The notes beneath the pieces were generated by a model. That model worked only from the letters and a program-made list of their open reading frames with translations. It was not told the DNA's origin and ran no database searches. From a virus, in IMG/VR virus record IMGVR_UViG_3300026488_000025, positions 1 to 64,000 of that record: 64,000 nt of DNA; one strand, written 5' to 3'. Of the stretch, positions 7,909 through 18,630 are shown piece by piece. The translations under genes and the position numbers were made by a program. The stretch's first letter is position 1. Each line of letters opens with the position of its first letter.

Positions 7909-10619
7909 TTCTTTTCCTTCTTAATCATATATGGAATGTATTTAAACATATCTTTATTTAATACTAATCTATTATTATTCCATTTATATCCTACAGATTT
8001 AGCAAAACTTTCAAATTGATGCCCATAGCCCATATCTTTATCTAGCTGATTAATTTCATTCTTACTGTACCAAGAATTTAATTTGAAACCAGTACCTAAT
8101 ACCATACAATACTCGATGAAGTGAATATCACCTTTATCTTGAAGTGTTTGCACATCTGAGCTTACAAGCTTACTTAATCTTCCTCTAAGGTTGTAGGTGT
8201 TAATCTCTACAGCATCTTTGAGTTTTTTACATTTGTTGATGTATTCATAATCCTCGATGGTATGCTCACATAATGATACAAGCTTATCTCTCGGTATGTC
8301 GTGAGATACAAAATCCTGAACCTTAGACATCATAACCTTAGTTTTTTCTTCAGGTGTTAATTCAGTCATTTTTGAAGAAAGCTCTTTGATTTCGTGATAA
8401 TCCCATTGGACATCTGCATTATCGTGAAGCATTTCAATTTTGTGCTCTGTTATTTCTCGTTTGACCTCTTTTACCTTAGCTTTCAAATCGTATTTGCTGT
8501 TCTCATCGATTACTACAGCATTATTTTTGAACTGCTGTGCCAATAATATTCTGAAAGCATTAGCGTGATTATTTTCTAAAATATTATTAAAAGATTCAAT
8601 CGTATTCACATATTTACCTAATTCAGATAGCGAGAAATCTCCCGTAGCATAATCCATATCCACTAAAAGTGTTTTATCTTGATTTTTATAGTGATATTTT
8701 ATTGCCAATTCAGCAGAAGCATTAAGAGCCGTTAAATCTGTTTCTTTGTAAAATTGTCTTTCTTGTAAGTAAAAATGTATTTCTTTAGCATTTCTACTCC
8801 GTTTAACCATTTGTAGTGAATCGATGACGCCACCGGCATTACCAGTATCATAATGAAACTGGTGAGTAACATTATTAAGATTACTAACACCAACAGTAAG
8901 TGTAGGAGTATAAAGAATGGCACCCCAAGCATCGTTATCAGTCTCGTTGAATCTTTCATAGATTAATCCTTTTGTTATTTCAGGTGTTTCTGAAGTCAAA
9001 GATATAACGGCTACATTATTTTTCTTCAGTTCCTTTTCTACTACTTTTAAAACATTTACTGACATAAACGAACACGATATGCTCTCACCCTTATCTAGGT
9101 TACAAGCTACATTGACTAAATTTTCTATGAATTTATTGCTGTTGCTGTATTCGTATAATTTTATATCATCACGGTATAGATTCGTTATGCTTTGTGTTTC
9201 TCTGTTTTTTATGTACATATCTTCAAAACCAGTCAAGAAAGCATCTGCCATTAAGACCTTTTTGTTGTTCATAGCTACATAGAATTTTGCTACATTGAGA
9301 TTCTGATTACTAGTAAGATTGCTTCTGTGGTGTAAAAGAATGCTCATAAATTCATCAAGCACAATAACATCAAATTCTTGGAGATTGTATTTCCACAGAG
9401 AATCAAATTGCACAATAAGCGATTCATTCGGCTTCACATCCTCGGGGTCTAAATACATTTTCATTCCATATTTTTCAGAAAAATCTTTAGCTACTGAAAT
9501 TCTATTACTAATGATAAGGACTCTCAGGTAAGCTTTATGAGCTTTCTCTATACACGAACCAATAATATTAGATTTTCCAGTACCCATAGCTGATGCTACC
9601 TTGATAACGCCTTTTTCTGATTTCAGAAAACTATCTAGCATAATATCAGTCTGTGGTGTAGTTTTTAGGTAACGCTCATCCACTACATAATCGCTTGTCA
9701 TCGTAGGTAACAGCTGGTTTTTCTGTTCTTTTTTGTTTAATTCTTTTAGAAATATTTTACCTTGAGCTGTGTCTTTCACATATCCAAAAATATTTACGGT
9801 TCTTTCTGTATTATTGTGGTGCATCAAGAACGGGTTAGTCCCGAACCAAAAATATCCACCTGGGCTGTTTACCTCGTGACCGTGAGAGAAATTAATACTA
9901 CCATTATCATTAATTTTTGATGAATACATAGTGAATCCAAGCTGTCTGAATAAATCCAGTGATAAATCCACAATATCTTTGGTAAAAGAAACATCTGATA
10001 ATAGCGCTGTCGTGCTCTTAGAAATCTTCTCACTCTTTAAATTAGCAGCAACGAGTGTAGCTCTCTCATCGTTGAGTACCGTGATACCTTTGTCGTTCTG
10101 ATAGATAACATCGTTTCTAGTAGTAGGAGCTTGATAGGAAACCGTATCGCCTACGCTCATATCCACCTTAACATTTCTTCCTAAATCTTTTTGTAAAATA
10201 CTAAGAGCATTTTTGATATGCTTGGGTTCATTCAGTAAATCTACGACCATAAGGCCTTTGATATTGAATATTTCTTCTCCATCCCATCTACGAGATTTTC
10301 CTAGAATAACCTGATAATCTTGTGCAGTAAAATATTTGATAACCTTGAGATAATCTACTTTTGTGGTAATCTCATCTATATCTATAGCTATATTCGTAAT
10401 ACGGTCTAGCTTGTACTGAGCCATATTCTTTTTTCTTCTTAACAGTCTCACATCATCGCAAGAAAATGGTTTGGACATAGTGAAGCTTGTACTCATTTCT
10501 AAGAAGGCTTCTGTGAGGTTTGTATATTTTTTTGTTTGAAAATGAAAAGTGCTATCTGCGTATGGTGAAACGGGCACCTTTCCTTTCGAATCAGAGCCAA
10601 AAACTGTTACTTCAATCAA
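7905..10619 (-). CDS. Large SF2 helicase, origin-binding-protein-like
   Basis: Walker A SAMGTGKS, Walker B VLDEFMS, motif V YTPTLTVGVS and motif VI QMVKRSR. An N-terminal IAIDIDE could be a primase-like acidic motif. Confidence 0.7.
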   Translation of the reverse strand: MIEVTVFGSDSKGKVPVSPYADSTFHFQTKKYTNLTEAFLEMSTSFTMSKPFSCDDVRLLRRKKNMAQYKLDRITNIAIDIDEITTKVDYLKVIKYFTAQDYQVILGKSRRWDGEEIFNIKGLMVVDLLNEPKHIKNALSILQKDLGRNVKVDMSVGDTVSYQAPTTRNDVIYQNDKGITVLNDERATLVAANLKSEKISKSTTALLSDVSFTKDIVDLSLDLFRQLGFTMYSSKINDNGSINFSHGHEVNSPGGYFWFGTNPFLMHHNNTERTVNIFGYVKDTAQGKIFLKELNKKEQKNQLLPTMTSDYVVDERYLKTTPQTDIMLDSFLKSEKGVIKVASAMGTGKSNIIGSCIEKAHKAYLRVLIISNRISVAKDFSEKYGMKMYLDPEDVKPNESLIVQFDSLWKYNLQEFDVIVLDEFMSILLHHRSNLTSNQNLNVAKFYVAMNNKKVLMADAFLTGFEDMYIKNRETQSITNLYRDDIKLYEYSNSNKFIENLVNVACNLDKGESISCSFMSVNVLKVVEKELKKNNVAVISLTSETPEITKGLIYERFNETDNDAWGAILYTPTLTVGVSNLNNVTHQFHYDTGNAGGVIDSLQMVKRSRNAKEIHFYLQERQFYKETDLTALNASAELAIKYHYKNQDKTLLVDMDYATGDFSLSELGKYVNTIESFNNILENNHANAFRILLAQQFKNNAVVIDENSKYDLKAKVKEVKREITEHKIEMLHDNADVQWDYHEIKELSSKMTELTPEEKTKVMMSKVQDFVSHDIPRDKLVSLCEHTIEDYEYINKCKKLKDAVEINTYNLRGRLSKLVSSDVQTLQDKGDIHFIEYCMVLGTGFKLNSWYSKNEINQLDKDMGYGHQFESFAKSVGYKWNNNRLVLNKDMFKYIPYMIKKEKK

Positions 10620-10654
10620 TCAGTATCCTTCTAAATTATATATAGTATTATAAC

Positions 10655-11320
10655 TTATTTTCTCTTAACCTTTTTGAGTTTTTCGTTTTCTGCTTCAAGC
10701 TCTCTCATTTTCATCATTGTTTCTGCTGTTGTGTCTGCTACTAGCATATCGATTGTTTCATCTATATCGAGTAGCTTCTTAGCGTCACCTTCAAATCGTT
10801 TCTCAAGCCAGAAAGCAGTAGCATTCATCATTACCATCATTAATATGTTTGAAGCAAATGTATTCAGGTTAATATTCAGGTCCACATTGGTATATAATGC
10901 AATCATTCCCGATACAACAAAAATAAACATAAAGACTCCTGCTCGTATACCCACTAGAAAATAAGCATATATGATAGCAAATATAAACCAATCAAATCTC
11001 ATCATATTTTCTGTATTGACTAATACATTTAAAGCGGCATAAATCGTGAACATTGCAATAGTAGTATATACAGATACTAAGAAAGATTTAGAATACACTA
11101 ATCGGGCATTCGCTATTGTTAGAGCAAACACGACGCTTAGGCTCCATAATACATAATGAATTCCCACATCAGGTATAGTAAGCATATATTTGTAGCCGAA
11201 TAGTAATGTAACGAGAATACTAAGCACAGCATTCCAATTAAAATACATATACCTATCGGCCATTTGTTTTTGGTGTATTGTCTTACCTGAGTAAGAAAAG
11301 TTCTTTAGAAAATCATACAT
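10655..11320 (-). CDS. Polytopic membrane protein with C-terminal coiled coil (sensor-like)
   Basis: About 5-6 hydrophobic segments; overlaps the end of the histidine kinase gene. Confidence 0.6.
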   Translation of the reverse strand: MYDFLKNFSYSGKTIHQKQMADRYMYFNWNAVLSILVTLLFGYKYMLTIPDVGIHYVLWSLSVVFALTIANARLVYSKSFLVSVYTTIAMFTIYAALNVLVNTENMMRFDWFIFAIIYAYFLVGIRAGVFMFIFVVSGMIALYTNVDLNINLNTFASNILMMVMMNATAFWLEKRFEGDAKKLLDIDETIDMLVADTTAETMMKMRELEAENEKLKKVKRK

Positions 11321-12299
11321 AAGTTACTCCTGTCGGTATTTGAATCTTGAAGATGCTACCGTTTTTTGTTGTTTTTTGTAAACTAAGGTCTATGTGTGCA
11401 TATGATAAAAGAGTTTTGTTTAACCATAGACCTACTCCTCTACTTGATTTTTGCTGTAATACTATATCTGCTAATTGTTTCATTACACTCATTTTTTGTG
11501 GCGTTCCATCATTGTCTTTGGTGCTATAATGTAAACGAAAAATCTTTGAATAGCTATCATTCTTAATTACCTTTCCTCTAGCATCTCTAATACCGTCTCC
11601 ATTATCCATAAAAAGAATGATGTAAGAATGTAGTGTTTTTGTTATATTCACATCGAACCTATTAGCGCCAGCTTCTAATGAATTCTTAGCTAAAGCAAAT
11701 ATTACATTTATAAAGTCTGTGTTCTCAAATTGTTGGAATCTTTTAATCTTTATATCATTAAAATTACCAGTAAGATTGTATTCGAATTTATAGCTCATGC
11801 TTAAATTATCGAAAGCTGTAACAATTAACCGTTCTACTGAAATATCAGGAGTAATCCTACACTCTTTGATATTACTACTCTTAGCTAAAATACCCATAAC
11901 TTGATTATAAGAAGTTTCAAAAGTCTTCCTATTTGATACAATTTCTTTGGGTGTAGGTTTATTAGTCACATTGTAGAATGCATTCTCTAATAACATAATA
12001 GGTGTACTTAATTCGTGGTGGATGTTAGTTGTAAAATTAGTTGTGAATTCTGAATCGAGGACTTTAGCCATTTCTTTAATTTGGAATTTTCTTAGTGTGA
12101 TTATTTCAATATATTTGGATACTAACATTGTAACAATGATACTAAATAGCGTTACTAATGTAGGTAATAAGTATGTTATATCTTCAAAGAAATTATTCTC
12201 CTTGAAGATAGCAAATGTAGTAAAATAGAACGAGCCGTAAACAAATATATAGATTCCCAGGAATTTGAGGAATTTAACGGCTTCATCTATATAATGCAT
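11313..12299 (-). CDS. Membrane-bound sensor histidine kinase
   Basis: Two TM helices, H-box IHHELSTPI, N-box KNSLEA, G1 DNGDGI, F-box IFRLHYSTK and G2 RGVGLWL. Confidence 0.85.
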   Translation of the reverse strand: MHYIDEAVKFLKFLGIYIFVYGSFYFTTFAIFKENNFFEDITYLLPTLVTLFSIIVTMLVSKYIEIITLRKFQIKEMAKVLDSEFTTNFTTNIHHELSTPIMLLENAFYNVTNKPTPKEIVSNRKTFETSYNQVMGILAKSSNIKECRITPDISVERLIVTAFDNLSMSYKFEYNLTGNFNDIKIKRFQQFENTDFINVIFALAKNSLEAGANRFDVNITKTLHSYIILFMDNGDGIRDARGKVIKNDSYSKIFRLHYSTKDNDGTPQKMSVMKQLADIVLQQKSSRGVGLWLNKTLLSYAHIDLSLQKTTKNGSIFKIQIPTGVTYV

Positions 12300-12300
12300 A

Positions 12301-13698
12301 CTAGTCTCTGTCGAAAGCTATATCTGCCCATTCAGCGATTTTACTTCTCACAACATTTGTAAGGTTAATACCTTGTATTCTGATTCCACTTTCATTTGGT
12401 TTACCACATTGGTTCATCATAAATGTAAGTGCATTGTTTGATTTACCTAAGTAAGGTGCATCAATTTGGTTGTTTGAACCCATAATAAGGAATAGTGTAT
12501 CTTCGCCTGAACGACTGATAATAGTTTTCATAGTGCTTCTATCCCAGTTTTGTGACTCATCTAAGATAATGATACTTCCTTTATCGAATGTTTGCCCTCT
12601 AAGGTGAGCACTATAAACATATTGAACTTGGTATCTGTCTTTGAACTCTTGTACTTTCTCATCAACTTCATCTTGGTGTAGTTTCTTCTTAGCTTTGTTC
12701 TTAACGAGGTTTTCAATCGAATTTTCCATAGGTTGGATGTATCCATTCATTTTTTCTTCGAGTGAACCTGGAAGGAAACCTAACTCATCATCTTTGTTAC
12801 CGGCGATAATAGTCTTTCTGATATAGATAATTTTTTCGTACTTATCTTTGTGTAAGTCCATAAGTCTTGTAGCAGCACCCAATGAAACATAATTCTTACC
12901 AGTTCCAGCAGGACCAGATACTACGATAATATCGTTCGTGTCATCTAATATTAAATCAGACATTGCCTTCTGACCAACATTTCTAGGAACAGAAGGGTCA
13001 CGATTAATATTTTTATCATCGATTAAACCCCAGCTGTTTACGGTTCTAAAATAATAGTATCTGTTACCAGTGATTGGGTTTGTTACTTCAATATTACTGA
13101 TATGGTCTTCACATTCAGGTATAAGTGTAATATCACCATTGAATCCTTCAATCTCTAGCTCACAATGAAAAGAGATAGTGTGATTATCTAAATCAGTATC
13201 AAGTTTAAGTGTCTCAGCATCGATGCCTAGTGATATAGCTCTCGTTCTAGCCATAATATCTAATGATACAAAAATAACAGTATCGTGTGCATACATCTTT
13301 TTAACATCTGCAGCGATTTCTAAGATTTTTCTATCGTTGATAATTTTCTTATCGATGTCTAGTTTATCGACATCATAACCATCTTTAGCGATAAGGTGTA
13401 AATCAATAGTGCTTTCTTCGTTAATTTTTACATTAATGAAATTAAGGTTTTCTATCTTAACATTATCAGTAATAATAGCATCTTGGAGTTGTCTTTGAAA
13501 TTGTCTTGCTTGGTAGTTGATTTCATCGTGGCCTGATTTCTTAGCGTCGATTTCATCTAATACAGTTTCGGGAAGGACAATTAAGTTATTGCCGTCTTGT
13601 GATAGTAGTTCTATATTACTTGATTCATTAAGAATAATGTTAGTATCGAGAACATATATTTTCTCGTAAGTCTTATCTAGTAATTTCGTATTAGTCAT
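12301..13698 (-). CDS. phoH: PIN-PhoH family ATPase
   Basis: N-terminal PIN (VLDTNIIL), Walker A GPAGTGKN, LGFLPG, LRGQTF and IILDESQN. Confidence 0.9.
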   Translation of the reverse strand: MTNTKLLDKTYEKIYVLDTNIILNESSNIELLSQDGNNLIVLPETVLDEIDAKKSGHDEINYQARQFQRQLQDAIITDNVKIENLNFINVKINEESTIDLHLIAKDGYDVDKLDIDKKIINDRKILEIAADVKKMYAHDTVIFVSLDIMARTRAISLGIDAETLKLDTDLDNHTISFHCELEIEGFNGDITLIPECEDHISNIEVTNPITGNRYYYFRTVNSWGLIDDKNINRDPSVPRNVGQKAMSDLILDDTNDIIVVSGPAGTGKNYVSLGAATRLMDLHKDKYEKIIYIRKTIIAGNKDDELGFLPGSLEEKMNGYIQPMENSIENLVKNKAKKKLHQDEVDEKVQEFKDRYQVQYVYSAHLRGQTFDKGSIIILDESQNWDRSTMKTIISRSGEDTLFLIMGSNNQIDAPYLGKSNNALTFMMNQCGKPNESGIRIQGINLTNVVRSKIAEWADIAFDRD

Positions 13699-13755
13699 TT
13701 AATATCCTTTTTGTACTGTTTTGTACTTGTATCTATTTATAACTTATATGTGAGA

Positions 13756-14487
13756 TTAACTCACATATATTCCTAGAGGCTCCATATAATCAGTAATTAA
13801 GCGTTCTTCTAGTTTCTCTTTTTCTTCGTAACCTTCAGATAAGATTCTATCGAAGTTTATCTCTGAGCCATTAACTAAAGTACTCGTATATTTACCAACT
13901 ACATTACCCCAAGTAATTTTACATAAAGCTTCTACATACTCTTTAATCCATTCGTGACCGAATATCTTATCTCCCGCTTCATCGGGAGTGTAGTCTAATG
14001 CAACTTTTATCATCGCCTTATTCTCTCTAGGTTGTTCAAAGAATCTAAGTGTACCAGTCATTTCATTATAAATGTAATTCAAAGGTATATCAAAAAGACT
14101 CTCTAAAGCACTCATCTTAGATAAGTACATACTCATATTAGTAATATCGACCGAAGTCATACTATCTAATAGTTGTAACCCCATAGGCTGATTAGCAAAC
14201 ACATATCCTCCTGGGAGTCTATATAGTGAACTAAAATTTGAAGCAGTTCTTAGCGATAGTACTGCTGTTACTTCTACGGGTAGTTTATAGTCAAAAACGC
14301 CGTGCGTTAATTCAACAACTATGATTTTTTCTTCTTGTCCGTCCATAGCATAGTAAGCGAATTTCTCAACTGCTTTATCTATGTTATCAGAAATTTGTTC
14401 TGGAGTTAATTCAACTTGAATACTTGGAGCACCCAACTGTCTTAATGTGTATTCTGATAGTCCAGTTCTCGTACTTACTCTTGCCAT
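13756..14487 (-). CDS. Neck protein (gp13-like)
   Basis: LRQLGAPSIQVELT..QI, and WIKEY...WG..GKY. Confidence 0.85.
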   Translation of the reverse strand: MARVSTRTGLSEYTLRQLGAPSIQVELTPEQISDNIDKAVEKFAYYAMDGQEEKIIVVELTHGVFDYKLPVEVTAVLSLRTASNFSSLYRLPGGYVFANQPMGLQLLDSMTSVDITNMSMYLSKMSALESLFDIPLNYIYNEMTGTLRFFEQPRENKAMIKVALDYTPDEAGDKIFGHEWIKEYVEALCKITWGNVVGKYTSTLVNGSEINFDRILSEGYEEKEKLEERLITDYMEPLGIYVS

Positions 14488-14509
14488 ATTAATCTCCTAA
14501 CTTAAAGAA

Positions 14510-14881
14510 TTAGTCTTCTTTAGTGTCTTTTTTAGCTACTTTCTTAACAGCTTTCTTAACTGGTGTTTTCTTAACAGCTTTCTTAACTGGTGTTTCTTTT
14601 ACTTCTTTTACTTCAGGAACTTCGATTTCTACTTCTTTTTCAGCTTTAACTGGAACTGGAGTTTCAATAAGCAATTCCTCTTTAGGTTCTACTTTTTTGA
14701 CTACTTCATCGATAACTTTTGCTTCTGCTTCGCTTGAACTAAAAATACTTGGATAAACTACTGCTAGTGTATCATAGATAGCACCTTCTACTTTTTGACC
14801 TTGTGTAAGGTGATACTCTCCATCACCCAATGTGATAGTTCTCTTTGTTAAATGTGGTGCTAATGTTACTGTGTATGTCAT
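14510..14881 (-). CDS. Late hypothetical protein with Lys/Ala/Val-rich repeat tail
   Basis: TPVKKAVKK tandem repeat; late promoter upstream. Confidence 0.6.
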   Translation of the reverse strand: MTYTVTLAPHLTKRTITLGDGEYHLTQGQKVEGAIYDTLAVVYPSIFSSSEAEAKVIDEVVKKVEPKEELLIETPVPVKAEKEVEIEVPEVKEVKETPVKKAVKKTPVKKAVKKVAKKDTKED

Positions 14882-14944
14882 TTTGACTTCCTTTGTGTTG
14901 TTTGTAATATTTATATCATAGGAGTTTCACGGAAAATTAGGCAT

Positions 14945-14976
14945 AAAAAAAGAGAAGACAAATAAATGTCTTCTCT
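14945..14976 (-). terminator. Rho-independent terminator after the major capsid gene
   Basis: AAGAGAAGACA / TGTCTTCTCTT stem with a poly-U tail on the minus strand. Confidence 0.8.
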
Positions 14977-15015
14977 TATCATTCTATTAAATAGAGGGTT
15001 TAGATAATCCGAAGA

Positions 15016-16359
15016 TTATGCTAAAGCTCCACCTACATTAACTGAGAATGTTCTTGCGTAATCTTCTGGTGAAAGAGGATTAGTAGTAAGACCATATCTT
15101 GTGTTAAGAATGATTGCTGGTTGACCAGATGCTTCGTGTGTAATTCTTGTGAAAGAAACAGGAACATATGGAGCGAAATAACCAATAGCGTCTCTTCTAT
15201 CAGAACCTTTGTAAAGTACAGTACAGTATTCAGAAGTAGCGAAAACATCCATAATAACTTTTTTACCTTCGAAAGTTCCAACCATACCAGTTCCAACAAC
15301 TTGTGCATTAACTGAAGTATTTACTGGATTAGCAGTATAACCTTTAAGTTGTTCTAACATAGTTACAACTTTTGGACTTGCAATGATAACATTACCAGCT
15401 CCTCTACGAGTCTTACGAGCGATTTCTCTACTTTCGTTAGCGATTTTAATTGCTAAGTTTCTGTAACCATCAATCTCATTTCTAGCTCCGGCTCCACCAG
15501 CAGTAATGAATGGTGCAACATCTGGAACTGCAGTAGCAGTATCATTTACGAAATCAACGATTTCTCTGTCCATTTCATTTTGTACTTCAATTGCCATCAT
15601 ATTCATAAGTTCTTCATCAGCGTTAAGACCGTGCATTGCTTTTAAATCTTGGTACATTTCAACTGAATACTCACCTTTAAGTTTACGAGATTTAGCTTCG
15701 ATTGATTTTCTAACAATAGAGAATCCAACTTCTTTCATATCGTAACCTAATAACTCAGCTTCGTTAGTTGGTAAAGAACCAGTATAACCTTTAAGAATCT
15801 TTCTGAAAGAAAGTTCGTTTGAGTAAGTAGCAGTAACATCAGTATCAGCAGTTGTAAAAGAAACAGTTGCTTGTCCTTCAGCATCATATGCTCTATCTAC
15901 ATCAACAAGAACAAGTGAACCTTCAACATAAATTACAGTACCAGTAGCAGCAGAAACAGAACCAGTTACAGTATCTCCAATTGCAGGAACAGTAGCCATA
16001 TCTAAAATTTGTCCACCTTTGATAGGAGAAACTCTTCCACCAGTGTTATCATTTACATTAGTTCCACCACCAGTATAACGAAAGTTAAGTGAGTAGATAA
16101 ATCCAGTTGGTGTATTAAGTGGTTGAACACCTAAAAGGTCGTTTGCGATAAGCGCAGGCATTACTCTACGAGCAAGTGGCATAAAGATTGGTGTGAATTG
16201 AGTAACATCAGAAGCGATAGTTCCCTCTGCAAGTAGTTTACTTTCTTCAACTTGTTGATTCTCAAGCATAATTGCCATTGTTGATTTTTCTGATTCAGCA
16301 AGTGCTGGCATCTTTTCAGACTCGATTAAATCAATATATTTTTCTGTTAATAGTTCCAT
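15016..16359 (-). CDS. Major capsid protein (gp23-like)
   Basis: GVQPLNTPTG, EAKSRKLK..YSVE..QDLKAMHG, YFAPYVP and QPAIILNTRYG. Confidence 0.95.
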   Translation of the reverse strand: MELLTEKYIDLIESEKMPALAESEKSTMAIMLENQQVEESKLLAEGTIASDVTQFTPIFMPLARRVMPALIANDLLGVQPLNTPTGFIYSLNFRYTGGGTNVNDNTGGRVSPIKGGQILDMATVPAIGDTVTGSVSAATGTVIYVEGSLVLVDVDRAYDAEGQATVSFTTADTDVTATYSNELSFRKILKGYTGSLPTNEAELLGYDMKEVGFSIVRKSIEAKSRKLKGEYSVEMYQDLKAMHGLNADEELMNMMAIEVQNEMDREIVDFVNDTATAVPDVAPFITAGGAGARNEIDGYRNLAIKIANESREIARKTRRGAGNVIIASPKVVTMLEQLKGYTANPVNTSVNAQVVGTGMVGTFEGKKVIMDVFATSEYCTVLYKGSDRRDAIGYFAPYVPVSFTRITHEASGQPAIILNTRYGLTTNPLSPEDYARTFSVNVGGALA

Positions 16360-16418
16360 ATTATTTCTCCGTTTGTGTTTATTTGTATTATTTATAAAGT
16401 ATTAGAAAAGTCTATATA

Positions 16419-17180
16419 CTAGTATAAGTGTCTAGCACTTGTTTGATAAAGCGCACCAGTTGTTGTTTTTTCTACGATAACTTCTTCAGTTTCTTGTTTC
16501 TTTTCAGTAACAATTTCAGCAGGAGTTTCATCGATAACGATTTTTGCTTCAGTAACTTTTACATCACTTACAGTTGATTTAATAGCATCAAGTTGAGCCA
16601 TAAATTTTGTAGGGTTTTTAATGTCAAAATCAAGTGTTTCAGCAAGTTTTACGAATTTTTCTTTTTGAATAACTGTAAGTCCAGCCATTTCTTCCTGAAT
16701 AAGTCCAGTTTTAAGAAGTTCTTCATTTTGTGCTTTAAGTGTTACAATTTGTTCTACTAATTCATCGTTAGACTCGTTAGCTTCGCCAAGTGCTACAACT
16801 ACTTCATTGTCATCTTCAGCTTTAGCTTCAGATATGTGCATTAAATCTACACCTGCAGTTAATAATAAAGAATTAAATCCTTCAAGTACAGCGTCCATTT
16901 TTTCTGTTTTAACAGCTTCTTCTATTGCAATTTCGTTTTCAGTCATAAATGTTTCAATAACTTGGTCTAAATATGCATCTAGTTTATCTGCTAGTTCAGC
17001 TTTGTGTGTAGCAATTTCTTCGTTAATGTATGTTTCATATTCTGCTTGTTTTGCTTCTACGATTGCCATAGCTTTTTCAGATGATTTAACATCTACCATA
17101 GAATCAAAAGATTCAAGAAGTTCTGATTTCATATCACTAGTAAATACTTCGCTATCTAGTTTTTCTAAAATAAGTTCCAT
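16419..17180 (-). CDS. Prohead scaffold/core protein (gp22-like)
   Basis: Acidic coiled coil with LDAYLDQV.E.FM.ENEIAIE; lies between gp21 and gp23. Confidence 0.85.
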   Translation of the reverse strand: MELILEKLDSEVFTSDMKSELLESFDSMVDVKSSEKAMAIVEAKQAEYETYINEEIATHKAELADKLDAYLDQVIETFMTENEIAIEEAVKTEKMDAVLEGFNSLLLTAGVDLMHISEAKAEDDNEVVVALGEANESNDELVEQIVTLKAQNEELLKTGLIQEEMAGLTVIQKEKFVKLAETLDFDIKNPTKFMAQLDAIKSTVSDVKVTEAKIVIDETPAEIVTEKKQETEEVIVEKTTTGALYQTSARHLY

Positions 17181-17328
17181 TGTTGTTCCTCCGTTGGTTG
17201 TTTTTACTAAACTTTAATAATTTAAAGTCGTAAATCATTTGTATTTATAAGAGATAATTGGAGTGTTTGGGTGTTTTTGAGAGAAAGAATATAGACCTCG
17301 TTAAAAGTCTATATAGTGTATTCGTGGT

Positions 17329-18288
17329 TTAAGCGTTCTTCATAGCATCAATTAGTTCTTGTGCTTTTTGTCTTTTTTGTAGTAGCTCTTCTGAAACTTC
17401 TTCAACGATGATTTCTTCTTTAATTTTTACCTTTTCTGTCACTGGTACAGATTTAGCGAATTTAAGTCTATTAAGCTCACCTTCAACCTTAGTGAATGAT
17501 TCTGTTACATATTTCTCGTATTTCTTCATTTGTTCAGCAAGTTCATAAGTAGCTAATTCAGCGAATTCAGCAAGTACTTCTTCTTTGTCTTCGTGTGATA
17601 AATCACATAAGATAGATACGCCTCTTGCTTCTAAGATGTCTTTAAGTATAGAAAGATTTTGGAAATCGCTTACTTCCTCATTAACTTCTTTAGATTCATT
17701 AATAACTGTACCAGGTAATTCACACTCACCTACACAACCATTTTCTAAAATTTCGAATTCTTTTTCAGTTAAAACACCTTCAACGATTCCCATCATTTCT
17801 GCATTGTAATCTGATTGACCTTGGTCAGGAATAATATCGTATGTACTTAGTTTGAAATCTTCAACTAAACCCGATGATGATACTTTACCAACACCACGAC
17901 TTGATACAGACATTTTAATACCGGCATCAATTAATGTTTTTAGTTGGTTAGCTTTAGGATTATCTAATAGGAATGCTTCTCCCATTACATATTTTCTGTC
18001 ATCAGAAATATATAGTTTACTAATTTTAGCAACTGCTTCCATCATATCTACATTAGCTCTTGGTGGGTGATTGAGTTCCATTAAAGAATTACTAGCACCT
18101 TTACTTAATGTGTCTTGGTATTTCTTAACTTGGCTTTCCCAAATCGTTCTAGGGTAAACTCTACCATTTTTGTTCTTCTCACCTATTGTACTGAAAATCC
18201 CTGAAATCTTGTATCTAGGAGTGCTAGATGATTCAGTTAATTCCTGTTCAAAAGTTACTTGGTTTTCTTCTTCGTAATATAATTTCAT
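17329..18288 (-). CDS. Prohead protease (gp21-like) with C-terminal extension
   Basis: NKNGRVYP, ELNHP and VSSRGVG. Confidence 0.9.
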   Translation of the reverse strand: MKLYYEEENQVTFEQELTESSSTPRYKISGIFSTIGEKNKNGRVYPRTIWESQVKKYQDTLSKGASNSLMELNHPPRANVDMMEAVAKISKLYISDDRKYVMGEAFLLDNPKANQLKTLIDAGIKMSVSSRGVGKVSSSGLVEDFKLSTYDIIPDQGQSDYNAEMMGIVEGVLTEKEFEILENGCVGECELPGTVINESKEVNEEVSDFQNLSILKDILEARGVSILCDLSHEDKEEVLAEFAELATYELAEQMKKYEKYVTESFTKVEGELNRLKFAKSVPVTEKVKIKEEIIVEEVSEELLQKRQKAQELIDAMKNA

Positions 18289-18306
18289 TTTATACCTCTG
18301 TTAATT

Positions 18307-18576
18307 TTAATCTTCAGTAGTAGCAGGTTTTTCAGTTTCAGTTGGCGTTTCTTCAACTGGAGTTTCTACTTCAGTTTCAACTGGAGTTTCTTCAACTGGT
18401 TCTGATATTTGAGCAAATGTTTCTTTAGCTTTCTGAAATGTTTCTAATTCTGCTGCTTTAGCTACTATCGTAGGATGATTTCTTAGTTTATCATCTAATG
18501 TTTGCTTCACTGCTTTACTAAATTCAGAAAACTTTTTATCGTTTGCTAAATCTATAACTTCTGTTTTATTTTCCAT
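18307..18576 (-). CDS. Small acidic prohead core protein (gp67-like position)
   Basis: Synteny between gp20 and gp21; acidic repeats. Confidence 0.55.
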   Translation of the reverse strand: MENKTEVIDLANDKKFSEFSKAVKQTLDDKLRNHPTIVAKAAELETFQKAKETFAQISEPVEETPVETEVETPVEETPTETEKPATTED

Positions 18577-18630
18577 TTTTGAATCCTTTAAATTCGTTGT
18601 TTTGTTATTCTCTATTATTTATAAGAGATT

